Below are positions 47,990 through 57,988 of a stretch of DNA of 64,000 nt, piece by piece. The notes beneath the pieces are model-generated. The model was given only the letters and a program-made list of their open reading frames with translations, ran no database searches and was not told the origin of the DNA. How positions within the stretch are numbered: the first letter of the stretch is position 1; every line of letters begins with the position of its first letter. The translations under genes were made by a program, and so were the position numbers. The DNA comes from an uncultured bacterium (GTDB lineage Bacteria; Fidelibacterota; Marinisomatia; Marinisomatales; UBA1611), in contig CALSPG010000007.1 in NCBI GenBank assembly GCA_943788175.1, forward strand, positions 160,001 to 224,000, in the 5' to 3' direction.

Positions 47990-49396
47990 ATGAATGATTC
48001 AGTATTAATTAAAAAAGGATCAGAGATAGAGCTGAAAGTTGAATCTCTAGCATTTGGTGGTATGGGATTAGCTAAAATAGATGATTTTGTTGTCTTTGTT
48101 AAAAATGGAATTCCAGGTCAACGCGTTAATGCCTTTATTTATAAAAAGAAAAAGGGTTTTGCTGAGGCAAGAGTTACAAAAATCATTGACGAATCTCCAT
48201 ATGTAGCTGAATCAAAGTGTGGCCACTATTGGATTTGTAGCAAGCTTCAGAGCCTTTCTTATGATCAACAGTTGAAAGAGAAAGAGAAACAAGTTGAGGA
48301 TGCCTTTCAGCGTTTGGGTGGGTTTTCAGATTTTAAATTAGATAATATTAGGGGGGCTAAGCAAATCTATAATTACCGGAATAAAATGGAATTTACGTTT
48401 TCTCCTCATCGATGGATTCTTGAATCTGAGCCTGAAGGTGTAGATAGTTCATTTGCTTTAGGTCTGCACATACCGGGTAGGTATGATAAAATTTTAGATG
48501 TTGATGAATGTCATATTCAGCCAGAAATAGGTAATAAAATACTTTCTATTGCTAAAGACGTATGCCTTAACAATCGAGAATTAAAACCATATGACCCAAA
48601 AACAAATGTGGGTTTTCTTAGGTATTTAATGTTGAGGTTTGGAGTCAAAACCGATCAGTTAATGGTTAATATAGTTACTGCATATGATGATATAAATAAA
48701 TTATCCCCATTGATTGATACATTGCTGAAAGATGTCCCAGAAATAACGTCCATGGTTAACAATGTTAATACTCGCAAAGCAGATGTAGCATACGGTGAAT
48801 TCGAAAATTTAATTTATGGTAATCAATATATTGAAGAAAAAATTGGAGAATTAAAATTTGAAATATCTGCCAATTCATTTTTCCAGACTAATTCGTATCA
48901 AGGTGAAGTTCTTTATGAGGAAATTAAAAAAGCAGCCAATCTTAAAGGGGATGAGATTGTTTATGATCTTTATTGTGGAACTGGCAGCATTGCATTATAT
49001 CTAGCACGCCATGTGAAAGAAGTTTATGGATTTGAAGTAATTAGATCTTCTCTTGAGAATGCAGAAAAAAATTCTGTTATCAATAAAATTGATAACGCTC
49101 ACTTTTTAAAGGCGAATCTAGATACTTTTTTTAAGTCTAGGCAGCTACCAAGGAAGGTTCCTAAGCCAGATATTGTTATCGTTGACCCGCCGCGCGCAGG
49201 GATGCATCCAGATATGTCTGGTTATTTACATAAATTAAAAGCTGATAAAATCATTTATGTTTCTTGCAACCCAACAACTCAAGCTAGAGATGTCCAAATA
49301 CTTTCCGATAACGGATATAACATTAAAAACGCAGTCATGGTAGATATGTTCCCACATACCCCACATATTGAGATGGTTATGTTACTTTCGAAGTAA
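47990..49396 (+). CDS. rlmD: 23S rRNA (uracil-5)-methyltransferase RlmD/RumA
   Basis: TRAM domain, YRNKMEF, SFFQTN, DLYCGTG, DPPRAG, YVSCNPTTQARD, DMFPHTPHIE. Confidence 0.93.
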   Translation: MNDSVLIKKGSEIELKVESLAFGGMGLAKIDDFVVFVKNGIPGQRVNAFIYKKKKGFAEARVTKIIDESPYVAESKCGHYWICSKLQSLSYDQQLKEKEKQVEDAFQRLGGFSDFKLDNIRGAKQIYNYRNKMEFTFSPHRWILESEPEGVDSSFALGLHIPGRYDKILDVDECHIQPEIGNKILSIAKDVCLNNRELKPYDPKTNVGFLRYLMLRFGVKTDQLMVNIVTAYDDINKLSPLIDTLLKDVPEITSMVNNVNTRKADVAYGEFENLIYGNQYIEEKIGELKFEISANSFFQTNSYQGEVLYEEIKKAANLKGDEIVYDLYCGTGSIALYLARHVKEVYGFEVIRSSLENAEKNSVINKIDNAHFLKANLDTFFKSRQLPRKVPKPDIVIVDPPRAGMHPDMSGYLHKLKADKIIYVSCNPTTQARDVQILSDNGYNIKNAVMVDMFPHTPHIEMVMLLSK

Positions 49397-50125
49397 GGCT
49401 TTTGAAAATCTAGAATCAGGAATTTTTTTATTAAATTGGATATTATCTATTATCCATTCTGTCCCTTTACTATTTCTTTTTAACTCATCTTTATATACAA
49501 ATTTTGAAGGGAACCATCGCCCTTCTATTTTTTTAATGCCCTCTAATGATGCAGTTTTAAGAAGTTTACCACTCTTTGCATATAGTTCTTCTTTTTTGGG
49601 TAGTAGATATTCTTTATCAACCCAAGACCTTCTTTTTGGATAAGAGAGTCCTTTTACTTTTGCATCTAATATCATAATCCAGTGATCTCTACCATCTAAC
49701 ATAATTGATCCTTCTATAGTTGCGCCATAAAGTTCATCTATTGGGCGGTCTTCCATCATATCATTATATGACATATCAGATCCCATTACTGATTGTCTGA
49801 GCATATGACCAGAAATCTGGATAATTCGGTCAGTTTGAGGAGAATAAGTATACAACTTTTCTCCTATTTTCAACATTTTTGTTCCGGCTTCTCTTGGAGG
49901 GGATAGATATTCCGTGAATGCGAGTTCAGTGCCAACTACCCAATTTTTTGATTCAATTGTTCTATTACTTCGCCTGCCTTTAACAACCATTTTACTGGTT
50001 ATTATCCTAGACTCTGCATTGAGGTTTTGATCCATTGCTTTCATTATATCATCTGCACTCATTTGATCAGATTGAGTGAATAAAAAAGAATAGGAAAGAA
50101 AAAATAAAATCAAACCATTTTTCAT
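49382..50125 (-). CDS. LolA-like outer-membrane lipoprotein-sorting protein
   Basis: Signal peptide; YLSPPREAGTKML, SVMGSDMSYND, LYAKSGKLLK, IPDSRFS typical of the LolA_like family; lies in an ABC operon. Confidence 0.85.
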   Translation of the reverse strand: MKNGLILFFLSYSFLFTQSDQMSADDIMKAMDQNLNAESRIITSKMVVKGRRSNRTIESKNWVVGTELAFTEYLSPPREAGTKMLKIGEKLYTYSPQTDRIIQISGHMLRQSVMGSDMSYNDMMEDRPIDELYGATIEGSIMLDGRDHWIMILDAKVKGLSYPKRRSWVDKEYLLPKKEELYAKSGKLLKTASLEGIKKIEGRWFPSKFVYKDELKRNSKGTEWIIDNIQFNKKIPDSRFSKALLRK

Positions 50126-51576
50126 GCTTCAAGCTCCTTAAATAATTGTGACATTTCACGCTTATAAATAGCAAGACCAGCAAGCATTGTTCCTAGTACT
50201 GTTGCTAAAACGCCAGGGATAAACCCTATATAATACAATTCTGATGTTACTTTAGCATAGAAAACATTAGGTAATACCATTTCACTTGACATTTGATTTA
50301 TAGCCTCTGAATAATCTATGCCAAACTCTTGTACGTAATAAGTAAGAGATACTCCTAAAAGTGTTCCTAATAATGTTCCTACAAATCCAATAAGTACTGC
50401 TTCAATTATCATTGATCGGTATACTTGCCCCTTAGACTCTCCTATTGCAAGGCGAAGCCCAAATTCACCGTAGCGTCGTAAACCATTCATCAATCCCATA
50501 TTCCATAAAACAACCATAACAATAACCAAAAATATTGCTGCCATGACGCTCATCGCTACATTACTAAAATCAACCATACTTGCTAGTTGGCTACTATCTC
50601 TTAGAGCAATCATTTTGGGGGTAAAGATGGCTGGGTCTTCTACAGATAAATCCTCCCACTCATCGATATTGTCATACATCTGATTGTCAGATAATGCATC
50701 CGTTCTTTGTTTTGGTAGCTTTCTTTTTTCAGCGTTACTGATTTTATTCCACCCTGCCATATAAGATAGAGCATTATATGATTCTTCATTGCGAAGCATC
50801 TGTGCGATACTATCGCTATATGTTAAATTAAAATCACTTCGAATTCTTACTGCGTCTTCGTCATCATAATAAAGAGAATTATGGTAGCCAAATATTTCTG
50901 AAGCGGCATCTTCCATATCAAGAGCTTGTCTTGCGCCAGAAATATCAACCAGTATCATTTGCCTATCTGCTTGACCTTTATTCAAATTAAATATTCCTAC
51001 TACATTAAAATTATATGTAGTAAAAGCATTGTCCATCGTAGAACTAATTAGTGTTATTGCACTCCCAATATTGACATTTAGTTGCTCAGCTAATTTTGAG
51101 CTTATTAATGCATCATCTCTACTTTTTAGAAGGTGTCCACTTATCAGATATTTTTCAAGTTCCCATATCTCTACTTGGCGAGATTTTTCTGAAAAAAAAT
51201 CAATTCCGATTCCAAAAACTGGTGCTTGTTCTTTCGTTTCGCCATTTTTATTAGGGACATCTAGTAATCCGCCAAATGTGATTCGAGGACTCCAAAAATA
51301 ATTTGGGTACATATTATAAAGAGTTCGAATTATTTTATCAGTTTCAAATAGTGCAAGATCATTAGGTAGCTGGTTGCTTTCCTTTTCATATGCTTTTGTA
51401 ACCACCTTTACATGACCACTTGAAATAACAGCAGTACTTTGTAGAAAATTATTCATCGCTCCTTCCATAAACCCTATTCCAAATATGACAAGTGTAACAG
51501 TAATAATAATTGCTAATAATGGGAAAAGACTACGAGAACGATCTCTGATTAATCCCTTTGCTAAAAATTTTATCAT
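50122..51576 (-). CDS. ABC transporter permease (FtsX/MacB/LolE type)
   Basis: N-terminal TM, periplasmic domain, RRYGEFGLRLAIG, three C-terminal TM segments. Confidence 0.9.
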   Translation of the reverse strand: MIKFLAKGLIRDRSRSLFPLLAIIITVTLVIFGIGFMEGAMNNFLQSTAVISSGHVKVVTKAYEKESNQLPNDLALFETDKIIRTLYNMYPNYFWSPRITFGGLLDVPNKNGETKEQAPVFGIGIDFFSEKSRQVEIWELEKYLISGHLLKSRDDALISSKLAEQLNVNIGSAITLISSTMDNAFTTYNFNVVGIFNLNKGQADRQMILVDISGARQALDMEDAASEIFGYHNSLYYDDEDAVRIRSDFNLTYSDSIAQMLRNEESYNALSYMAGWNKISNAEKRKLPKQRTDALSDNQMYDNIDEWEDLSVEDPAIFTPKMIALRDSSQLASMVDFSNVAMSVMAAIFLVIVMVVLWNMGLMNGLRRYGEFGLRLAIGESKGQVYRSMIIEAVLIGFVGTLLGTLLGVSLTYYVQEFGIDYSEAINQMSSEMVLPNVFYAKVTSELYYIGFIPGVLATVLGTMLAGLAIYKREMSQLFKELEA

Positions 51577-52748
51577 ACAGCGGCTCTCCCTCTTAGAGCA
51601 TCTGTTGGTTTCATTTTTGTAATTTTCCTGGATGGTATATAGCTAACTACGAGTACGATAATTGATATTAAAATTGTTGTTGAAATGATTAAGCTAAATG
51701 AATAAATAGGAATCAATCTTTTTGCAACTAGCATACCCATTTCTGAGTAATCCATAGGCAAAGGGATACCATTTTCCCCAAAGTAAAATAAAACTGGGCC
51801 AAACAAAATTAGAGTAATTATTCCTGCTAATAATGCATTTAACCCTCCTTCAAAGGTAAAAAGCCAAACCACCCTAGATCGAGTCATTCCTAGGGCCATG
51901 AGTGTTCCTATCTCTTTCCCTCTCCGAAATATTGATAATACCTGGGCATTAAAAATCCCCATGGCAGCTAGTGCTATTAGTATTGAATACATAACCTGAG
52001 CGCCAGGCTCATCTGCTTTGATAATTGCCTCCATGTCTCTTATCATGTAGTCTACATCATGGTGAATCCAATCCTCAATATCTTTTATCGTTTCAAGATC
52101 TTTAGCGTATGTAACGTAGGTTGCCTGATTTTTCATAGCTAGCATTGACTGTGCTTTTGAAAGAGGTATCCATATGTGTCCAAGATCAAGTTTAAAATTT
52201 TCTGTTTCCATAATATGAACAATGGTTCCCTCATCCGCATCGTATGTCCGATCTGCATCTAACCAGCGTATTGTAAATGAATCTCCAACTTTAAGGTTTG
52301 CATTTTTTGCCATTCCGCTCCCTATAAGAACAGGAATAGTAATATCATTATGTTGATCAAGTACATTAGTAGGCATATTAACTATAGTTTGATCAGGGGT
52401 AATGCCTTTCATGACCACAGGCATTATACGGCCATTTGGATAGATAGATGCCTGACTAATAAGTACCCCGAAAGCATACTTTTGGTCTATTAATTTTTTG
52501 ATTTGATTAGGGATAATTGAATGAGAATTTTCAAACGTTCGAGGATCCATTGGATCATATTCTGGGTGCCAGTATGTCCCGCCGGCAACTTCGGTTTCTA
52601 TTGTTATGTTTTTTGCATATTCTCTCATGCCATCATACATGCCAGATACAAAGATAACCAAGAAAAAAGAAATTGATGTGACAAATACGTTTAAGCTAGT
52701 CCTAAGTTTTGCTCCGAAAAGATTTTTTATTGCAATATTAAAAAGCAT
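51573..52748 (-). CDS. ABC transporter permease (FtsX/MacB/LolC type)
   Basis: AIKNL...RT, RRGKEIGTLMALG, PSRKITKMKPTDAL. Confidence 0.9.
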   Translation of the reverse strand: MLFNIAIKNLFGAKLRTSLNVFVTSISFFLVIFVSGMYDGMREYAKNITIETEVAGGTYWHPEYDPMDPRTFENSHSIIPNQIKKLIDQKYAFGVLISQASIYPNGRIMPVVMKGITPDQTIVNMPTNVLDQHNDITIPVLIGSGMAKNANLKVGDSFTIRWLDADRTYDADEGTIVHIMETENFKLDLGHIWIPLSKAQSMLAMKNQATYVTYAKDLETIKDIEDWIHHDVDYMIRDMEAIIKADEPGAQVMYSILIALAAMGIFNAQVLSIFRRGKEIGTLMALGMTRSRVVWLFTFEGGLNALLAGIITLILFGPVLFYFGENGIPLPMDYSEMGMLVAKRLIPIYSFSLIISTTILISIIVLVVSYIPSRKITKMKPTDALRGRAAV

Positions 52749-52751
52749 TAT

Positions 52752-53462
52752 TTATGCAGATTTTGGGTTAGATGTTTTTTCATCATTAATAATTTTTCCA
52801 TCTTCTAAATGGACAATCCTTCTAAGGTAGCCCATAATTTTTTCATCGTGTGTTGCAAACACAAAAGAGGTTGATATTTCTGAATTAAGTTTTGATAATA
52901 TTTTCATAATATTGTGTGAGTTTTTGGCATCTAGATTCGCTGTTGGTTCATCTGCAAGCAATAATGCTGGTTCATGAACAATGGCTCTTGCTATCGCTGT
53001 ACGTTGGCACTCTCCGCCACTCATATCAGCTGGCTTTGAGTTTATTTTATCTTTAAGTCCTACCCATTCAACTGCTTGGGTTACTTTTTTTTCTCTTTCA
53101 GTTGATTTCATATTATTTAAAATTAAAGGGAGTTCTACATTTTCATATACTGTGTATACTGGGAGCAGGTTATAGCTTTGAAAAATAAATCCCATGTGTT
53201 TTCGTCTAATTATCGCTCTTTCATTGTGAGATGTATTATCCATTGAATTTCCAAGAACGATTACGCTACCTTCTGTCGCTGAATCTAAACCGCCAATAAT
53301 ATTCAAAAGAGTTGTTTTTCCTGACCCCGATGGGCCAACCAAGCCAATAAATTCGCCTTCAGAAAGTTTTAAATCTATGTTTTGCAGTGCTGTGAAATAA
53401 TTTCCTCCAACCGGAAATTGTTTAACTAAATTTTTTATGTTAATTACGTTTTTGTTTTCCAT
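52752..53462 (-). CDS. ABC transporter ATP-binding protein (LolD/MacB type)
   Basis: GPSGSGKT Walker A, GFIFQSYNL, MSGGECQR, LLADEPTANLD, ATHD. Confidence 0.94.
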   Translation of the reverse strand: MENKNVINIKNLVKQFPVGGNYFTALQNIDLKLSEGEFIGLVGPSGSGKTTLLNIIGGLDSATEGSVIVLGNSMDNTSHNERAIIRRKHMGFIFQSYNLLPVYTVYENVELPLILNNMKSTEREKKVTQAVEWVGLKDKINSKPADMSGGECQRTAIARAIVHEPALLLADEPTANLDAKNSHNIMKILSKLNSEISTSFVFATHDEKIMGYLRRIVHLEDGKIINDEKTSNPKSA

Positions 53463-53471
53463 TAAAACTCC

Positions 53472-54554
53472 TTAGTGATTATAGATAAACATAAATTGTA
53501 TTCCTGTACCAAAATTAGATAGAGATTTAGGCAGCGATTCTGAGGGGATATCATATTGCTTTCGTTTCGGATTAATAGAAATAATAATATTTAAGCTATA
53601 AGCATCATATGTGCTACTCCAACGTAGGTATTGATATGTTTTATCTTTTTCCCAATCTATTTGAGAAATATGCATTATTTGGTGAATCATACCAATCGGT
53701 AAGCTTGCCATGAAAGCTGAAAAAGTTTGATTCGATTTTAAATTTTTTATTTTGCTTTGGATATACATTGATTCTGTCATAATTAAAATTCCATTAAAAA
53801 ATGGCAGGGTATAGTCCGCGCCAATAGAAATCAGATTAATATTTGATGTATTAGATTTAATTATTGCACTTTCATTCCAAAATCCAATGAAGCCGTCAAA
53901 CCTATAATCGAACGCTATTCTTTGATGAGAATTTATAATGGGGCTACCTATCTGCCCAATTAGTTGTCTTGATTTTGAAGGGTCTTTATGATATGTAAAT
54001 CCAAAATCGCCAAGCGAAGTAGTAAATTCACCTCTTCCTCCAAATGTAAGTGTATCCATCTTATTATTTATTATCCATGAAGATAATCCAATGTTATTAG
54101 ATGGAAACCAGCGAAGCCTAAGTGCCTCAACGCCGTTAGTTTGTCCAGTAGGGTCTTTCAAGTCAAACGTGTCAAACCATGATAGAGGTCGGAGGATTTG
54201 TGTAGGACCAAAAACAATTTTTTGAAGTCCACAGCGTGCTTCTATTTTATCATATGAGTATCTAATCCATAAACGATGGTTATTTTCATTATTATTATAA
54301 AGTGAATCACCAACATAGTACCTTTTTAGATTGTAAGCCCATTCGAAATCAAAAAGCTTATTTGTTGAGGTTTCTTTTTTTAAAGATAGCGTAGGCAAAT
54401 AACCCAATATAGATTCATGAGTATGCCAATTATTTGGGACATCATTACTTGTGAAAAAAATTGTATTGAATTGCCCTTTAAAATTTATATTTTGTGATGG
54501 TAAAAATGAATTGAGTAATAATAAAATTTTGAAGCAAAAAATTATTTTAAACAT
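53472..54554 (-). CDS. Hypothetical exported protein, probable outer-membrane beta-barrel
   Basis: Signal-like N-terminus, aromatic alternating strands, GLQKIVFG...RPLSWFD...DP...GVEALR, C-terminal GIQFMFIYNH. Confidence 0.55.
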   Translation of the reverse strand: MFKIIFCFKILLLLNSFLPSQNINFKGQFNTIFFTSNDVPNNWHTHESILGYLPTLSLKKETSTNKLFDFEWAYNLKRYYVGDSLYNNNENNHRLWIRYSYDKIEARCGLQKIVFGPTQILRPLSWFDTFDLKDPTGQTNGVEALRLRWFPSNNIGLSSWIINNKMDTLTFGGRGEFTTSLGDFGFTYHKDPSKSRQLIGQIGSPIINSHQRIAFDYRFDGFIGFWNESAIIKSNTSNINLISIGADYTLPFFNGILIMTESMYIQSKIKNLKSNQTFSAFMASLPIGMIHQIMHISQIDWEKDKTYQYLRWSSTYDAYSLNIIISINPKRKQYDIPSESLPKSLSNFGTGIQFMFIYNH

Positions 54555-55263
54555 ACATATTTATAAACGAAACTATAGCCATCAAAATCATAATTCCATT
54601 TTCAATCAGGGTTGCAATTGTCATAGGAAGTTTGATAGCTGTCCCTAAACAAGCGCATTGAATTTCTTTCTTGTTTCTTAGAGTTTTTATTACCCCATAC
54701 GTAGTTATGCATAGTAAAAATATTGTTATAACAATAGCGTTAAATAACTGAAATCGAAAAAGAAACATCAATCCTAAAATTGTTTCAATAAATGGATATA
54801 GCCAGCCATAAAATGGAATCACTTTTGCTAGTGGATCGTACATAGCGAAAGAAATTGGAAAACTCTTATAATCGAGAAACTTAAAAAAACTAAAAACAAT
54901 GAAAAATAAACCCATAAAATCTAGCATAAAGTTTTCAAAAGAAGATTCAAGATTTAATAAGCTAGAAGTAATGCTGATGTAAAATAAAATAAGACCTAAT
55001 GGGTAGAGTTTTTTAAGATAAGAGTCTTCAGACTTAATACGGTATGCTTCATGAACTTCATAATCATGAGCGGTGAATTTATTGGGTAATATGTTTTGAA
55101 TATCTTCAATAGAAATATTTTTTTTTGCTTGGATATCTGCGGTATTGCTTTTGAATGAAACATTGACTTCGATTATATCTGCTAAACTTCGAATCGATTT
55201 AGAAACAGTTTCTTCGCAGCTGGAACAAGTCATGCCAGAAATTTTAATTTTATAATTTTTCAT
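54547..55263 (-). CDS. Heavy-metal-associated (HMA) domain fused to a MauE/DoxX-like membrane domain
   Basis: GMTCSSC metal-binding motif; FMGLFF..FSFFK, YDPLA, YPFIE, IQCACLGT, EN motifs of the MauE family. Confidence 0.85.
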   Translation of the reverse strand: MKNYKIKISGMTCSSCEETVSKSIRSLADIIEVNVSFKSNTADIQAKKNISIEDIQNILPNKFTAHDYEVHEAYRIKSEDSYLKKLYPLGLILFYISITSSLLNLESSFENFMLDFMGLFFIVFSFFKFLDYKSFPISFAMYDPLAKVIPFYGWLYPFIETILGLMFLFRFQLFNAIVITIFLLCITTYGVIKTLRNKKEIQCACLGTAIKLPMTIATLIENGIMILMAIVSFINMYV

Positions 55264-55354
55264 TGTTTATTTTTTTATTATAATAAAGAACTGATTAAGT
55301 ATGAGCAGAATAATTTAAATAAAGTTAATTTTATTACCTATTTAGCAATTAAAA

Positions 55355-57988
55355 ATGTCTGATACATCATTGAATAACAAATATAATTCTTCATCTGTTG
55401 AAGATAAGTGGTACAAGCATTGGCTTGAAAAAAAATATTTCCACGCGGACTCAAGTTCAGACAAAGAGCCATACACAATAGTTATCCCTCCACCAAACGT
55501 GACTGGAATACTTACGGTTGGACATGTTTTGAATAATACTATTCAAGATGTTCTCATAAGAAAAGCTAGAATGCAAGGCAAGGAAGCGTGTTGGATTCCT
55601 GGTACAGATCATGCATCTATAGCAACAGAGACAAAAGTCATAAATATGCTTGAAGAGCAAGGAATTAGCAAAAAAGATCTTTCGAGAGAAGAATTTTTGA
55701 AGCACGCTTGGGAATGGAAAGAAAAATATGGTGGAATAATTATTGATCAGCTTAAAAAATTAGGCTGTTCTTGTGATTGGGAGAGAGAGAGATTTACGAT
55801 GGATGAAGGATATTCCAATGCTGTTTTGGAAGCCTTTGTAAAACTCTATGAAAAAGATTTTATTTATAAAGGTCATAGGCTAGTCAACTGGTGCCCAGTA
55901 TCAAAGTCTGCAATTAGTGATGAGGAAGTAATTCATAAGGAAGTTGATGGCCACCTTTGGTATTTTAAATATCCAATTAAAGATGAAGATAGTTACTTAA
56001 TTGTGGCAACGACTAGGCCTGAAACTATGCTTGGTGATTCTGCTGTTGCTATTAACCCAAATGATGGTAGGTATAAAGCTTTTATAGGTAAGAAAATTTT
56101 ATTACCGCTAGTTGGAAGAGAAATCCCAATTATTGCTGATGATTATGTGGATCCTGAATTTGGAACTGGATGTGTGAAAATAACACCTGCTCATGATCCA
56201 AATGATTTTTTGATCGGTGAAAAACATGATTTAAAATTCATAAATATAATGAATGATGATGCTTCAATAAATGAAAATGCGCCTCAAAAATATATAGATA
56301 AAGACAGGTTTGAAGCTCGCAAACAAATTGTAGCGGATTTAGATGAGCTAGGTCTTTTACATAAGACAGAAAATTATAAGAATAAAATTGGTTTTTCCGA
56401 GAGAGGCAATGTGCCAATTGAATTTTATATGTCTGAGCAGTGGTTCATGAGGATGACAGAACTAGCAAAGCCAGCTATTGATGCTGTGGATGCCGGCGAA
56501 ATACAATTTCATCCCGCACATTGGGTTAAAACTTATAATCACTGGATGAAAAACATCAAAGATTGGTGTATAAGTCGCCAGTTGGTTTGGGGTCATCAAA
56601 TTCCCGTATGGTATCACAAAAATGACAAATCAAAAATACATGTTTCTGTAAAAGGACCTGATGACGTTGAAAATTGGGAGCAAGAAGAAGATGTATTAGA
56701 TACCTGGGCAAGCTCGTGGTTATGGCCTCTAGGAGTTCATGATTGGCCAAATAATAACAAAGAATTAGATAAGTTTTTTCCAACAAATACACTTGTAACA
56801 GGTCCTGACATTATCTTTTTTTGGGTGGCTAGAATGATTATTACTGGATATGAGTTTTTAGGTGACAAACCATTTTCAGACGTGTACTTTACATCTATTT
56901 TGAGAGATGAGTCCGGAAAGAAGTTGAGCAAGTCGCTCGGGAATTCTCCTGATCCTTTTGATTTATTTGAAGAGTATGGTACTGATGCTGTAAGGTTTGG
57001 GGTTATGCTTATGGCGCCTCAGGGTCTTGACGTACTTTTTTCAAAAGATAGGCTTGAGATTGGTAGAAATTTTATGAACAAGTTATGGAATGCTTGCCGT
57101 TTTGTAGATATGAACAAACCCAGCGGTTGGAATGATAAAGAGCTGATAGCTTCTCAAAGGTTAGAACTAGCAGATAAATGGATTCTTAACCGATTAGAAA
57201 GGGCTATAAAAAATTATAATAATCAAATTGAGCGATTTCACTTTAATGAATCTGCAAAAGTACTTTATGATTTCATTTGGAATGACTTTTGTGATTGGTA
57301 TATCGAAATAGCAAAAACTAGGTTTTACTCTGAATATAGTGACAGTAAGGTTTCTACTTATAATACTTGCGTAAAGTGCATAAGAATAATTTTGCCTCTT
57401 TTACATCCTTATACTCCGTTTATTACTGAAGAGCTTTGGTCGTACTTTAAAGATAAAGACCAACCTGATTTAATAATCTCATCTTGGCCAGAACAAAAAT
57501 CTGAATTTGACCTTGAAATTGATAATGAAATGGAAATACTTCAAGGTATAATATCATCAGTTAGAGCAATCCGAAGTCGCATGAATATTCCGCCTTCAAA
57601 AAAAATTGATTTGAAAGTTAAGTGCAGTGATAGTCAGAGCGATTTTATTGCGAATAATAGCCAATTTATAATAACACTAGCTAAGCTTGAATCTTATGAA
57701 TCTAGCGAATCTATGCAAAAGCCATCGCAATCAGCAGCTAGTGTCATTCATGGGATGGAGATTTATGTCCCCTTAGAGGGTCTAGTGGACTTAGATAAAG
57801 AAAGATCCTTACTTTTAAAGAGAAAAACAAAAATTAAAGAATTACTAATTGTCATTGAAAAAAAATTATTGAACGATAAATTTATAGATAATGCTCCTTT
57901 AAAAGTTGTTGAAGGAGAAAAAGAAAAAGAAATTACTTTGAAAGATGAACTAGAAAAAATTAACTCTAACTTAGGCATGCTATCATGA
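55355..57988 (+). CDS. valS: Valyl-tRNA synthetase
   Basis: PPPNVTG, GTDHASIATE, ATTRPETMLGD, GTGCVKITPAHD, DWCISRQL, DVLDTW, C-terminal coiled coil. Confidence 0.97.
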   Translation: MSDTSLNNKYNSSSVEDKWYKHWLEKKYFHADSSSDKEPYTIVIPPPNVTGILTVGHVLNNTIQDVLIRKARMQGKEACWIPGTDHASIATETKVINMLEEQGISKKDLSREEFLKHAWEWKEKYGGIIIDQLKKLGCSCDWERERFTMDEGYSNAVLEAFVKLYEKDFIYKGHRLVNWCPVSKSAISDEEVIHKEVDGHLWYFKYPIKDEDSYLIVATTRPETMLGDSAVAINPNDGRYKAFIGKKILLPLVGREIPIIADDYVDPEFGTGCVKITPAHDPNDFLIGEKHDLKFINIMNDDASINENAPQKYIDKDRFEARKQIVADLDELGLLHKTENYKNKIGFSERGNVPIEFYMSEQWFMRMTELAKPAIDAVDAGEIQFHPAHWVKTYNHWMKNIKDWCISRQLVWGHQIPVWYHKNDKSKIHVSVKGPDDVENWEQEEDVLDTWASSWLWPLGVHDWPNNNKELDKFFPTNTLVTGPDIIFFWVARMIITGYEFLGDKPFSDVYFTSILRDESGKKLSKSLGNSPDPFDLFEEYGTDAVRFGVMLMAPQGLDVLFSKDRLEIGRNFMNKLWNACRFVDMNKPSGWNDKELIASQRLELADKWILNRLERAIKNYNNQIERFHFNESAKVLYDFIWNDFCDWYIEIAKTRFYSEYSDSKVSTYNTCVKCIRIILPLLHPYTPFITEELWSYFKDKDQPDLIISSWPEQKSEFDLEIDNEMEILQGIISSVRAIRSRMNIPPSKKIDLKVKCSDSQSDFIANNSQFIITLAKLESYESSESMQKPSQSAASVIHGMEIYVPLEGLVDLDKERSLLLKRKTKIKELLIVIEKKLLNDKFIDNAPLKVVEGEKEKEITLKDELEKINSNLGMLS

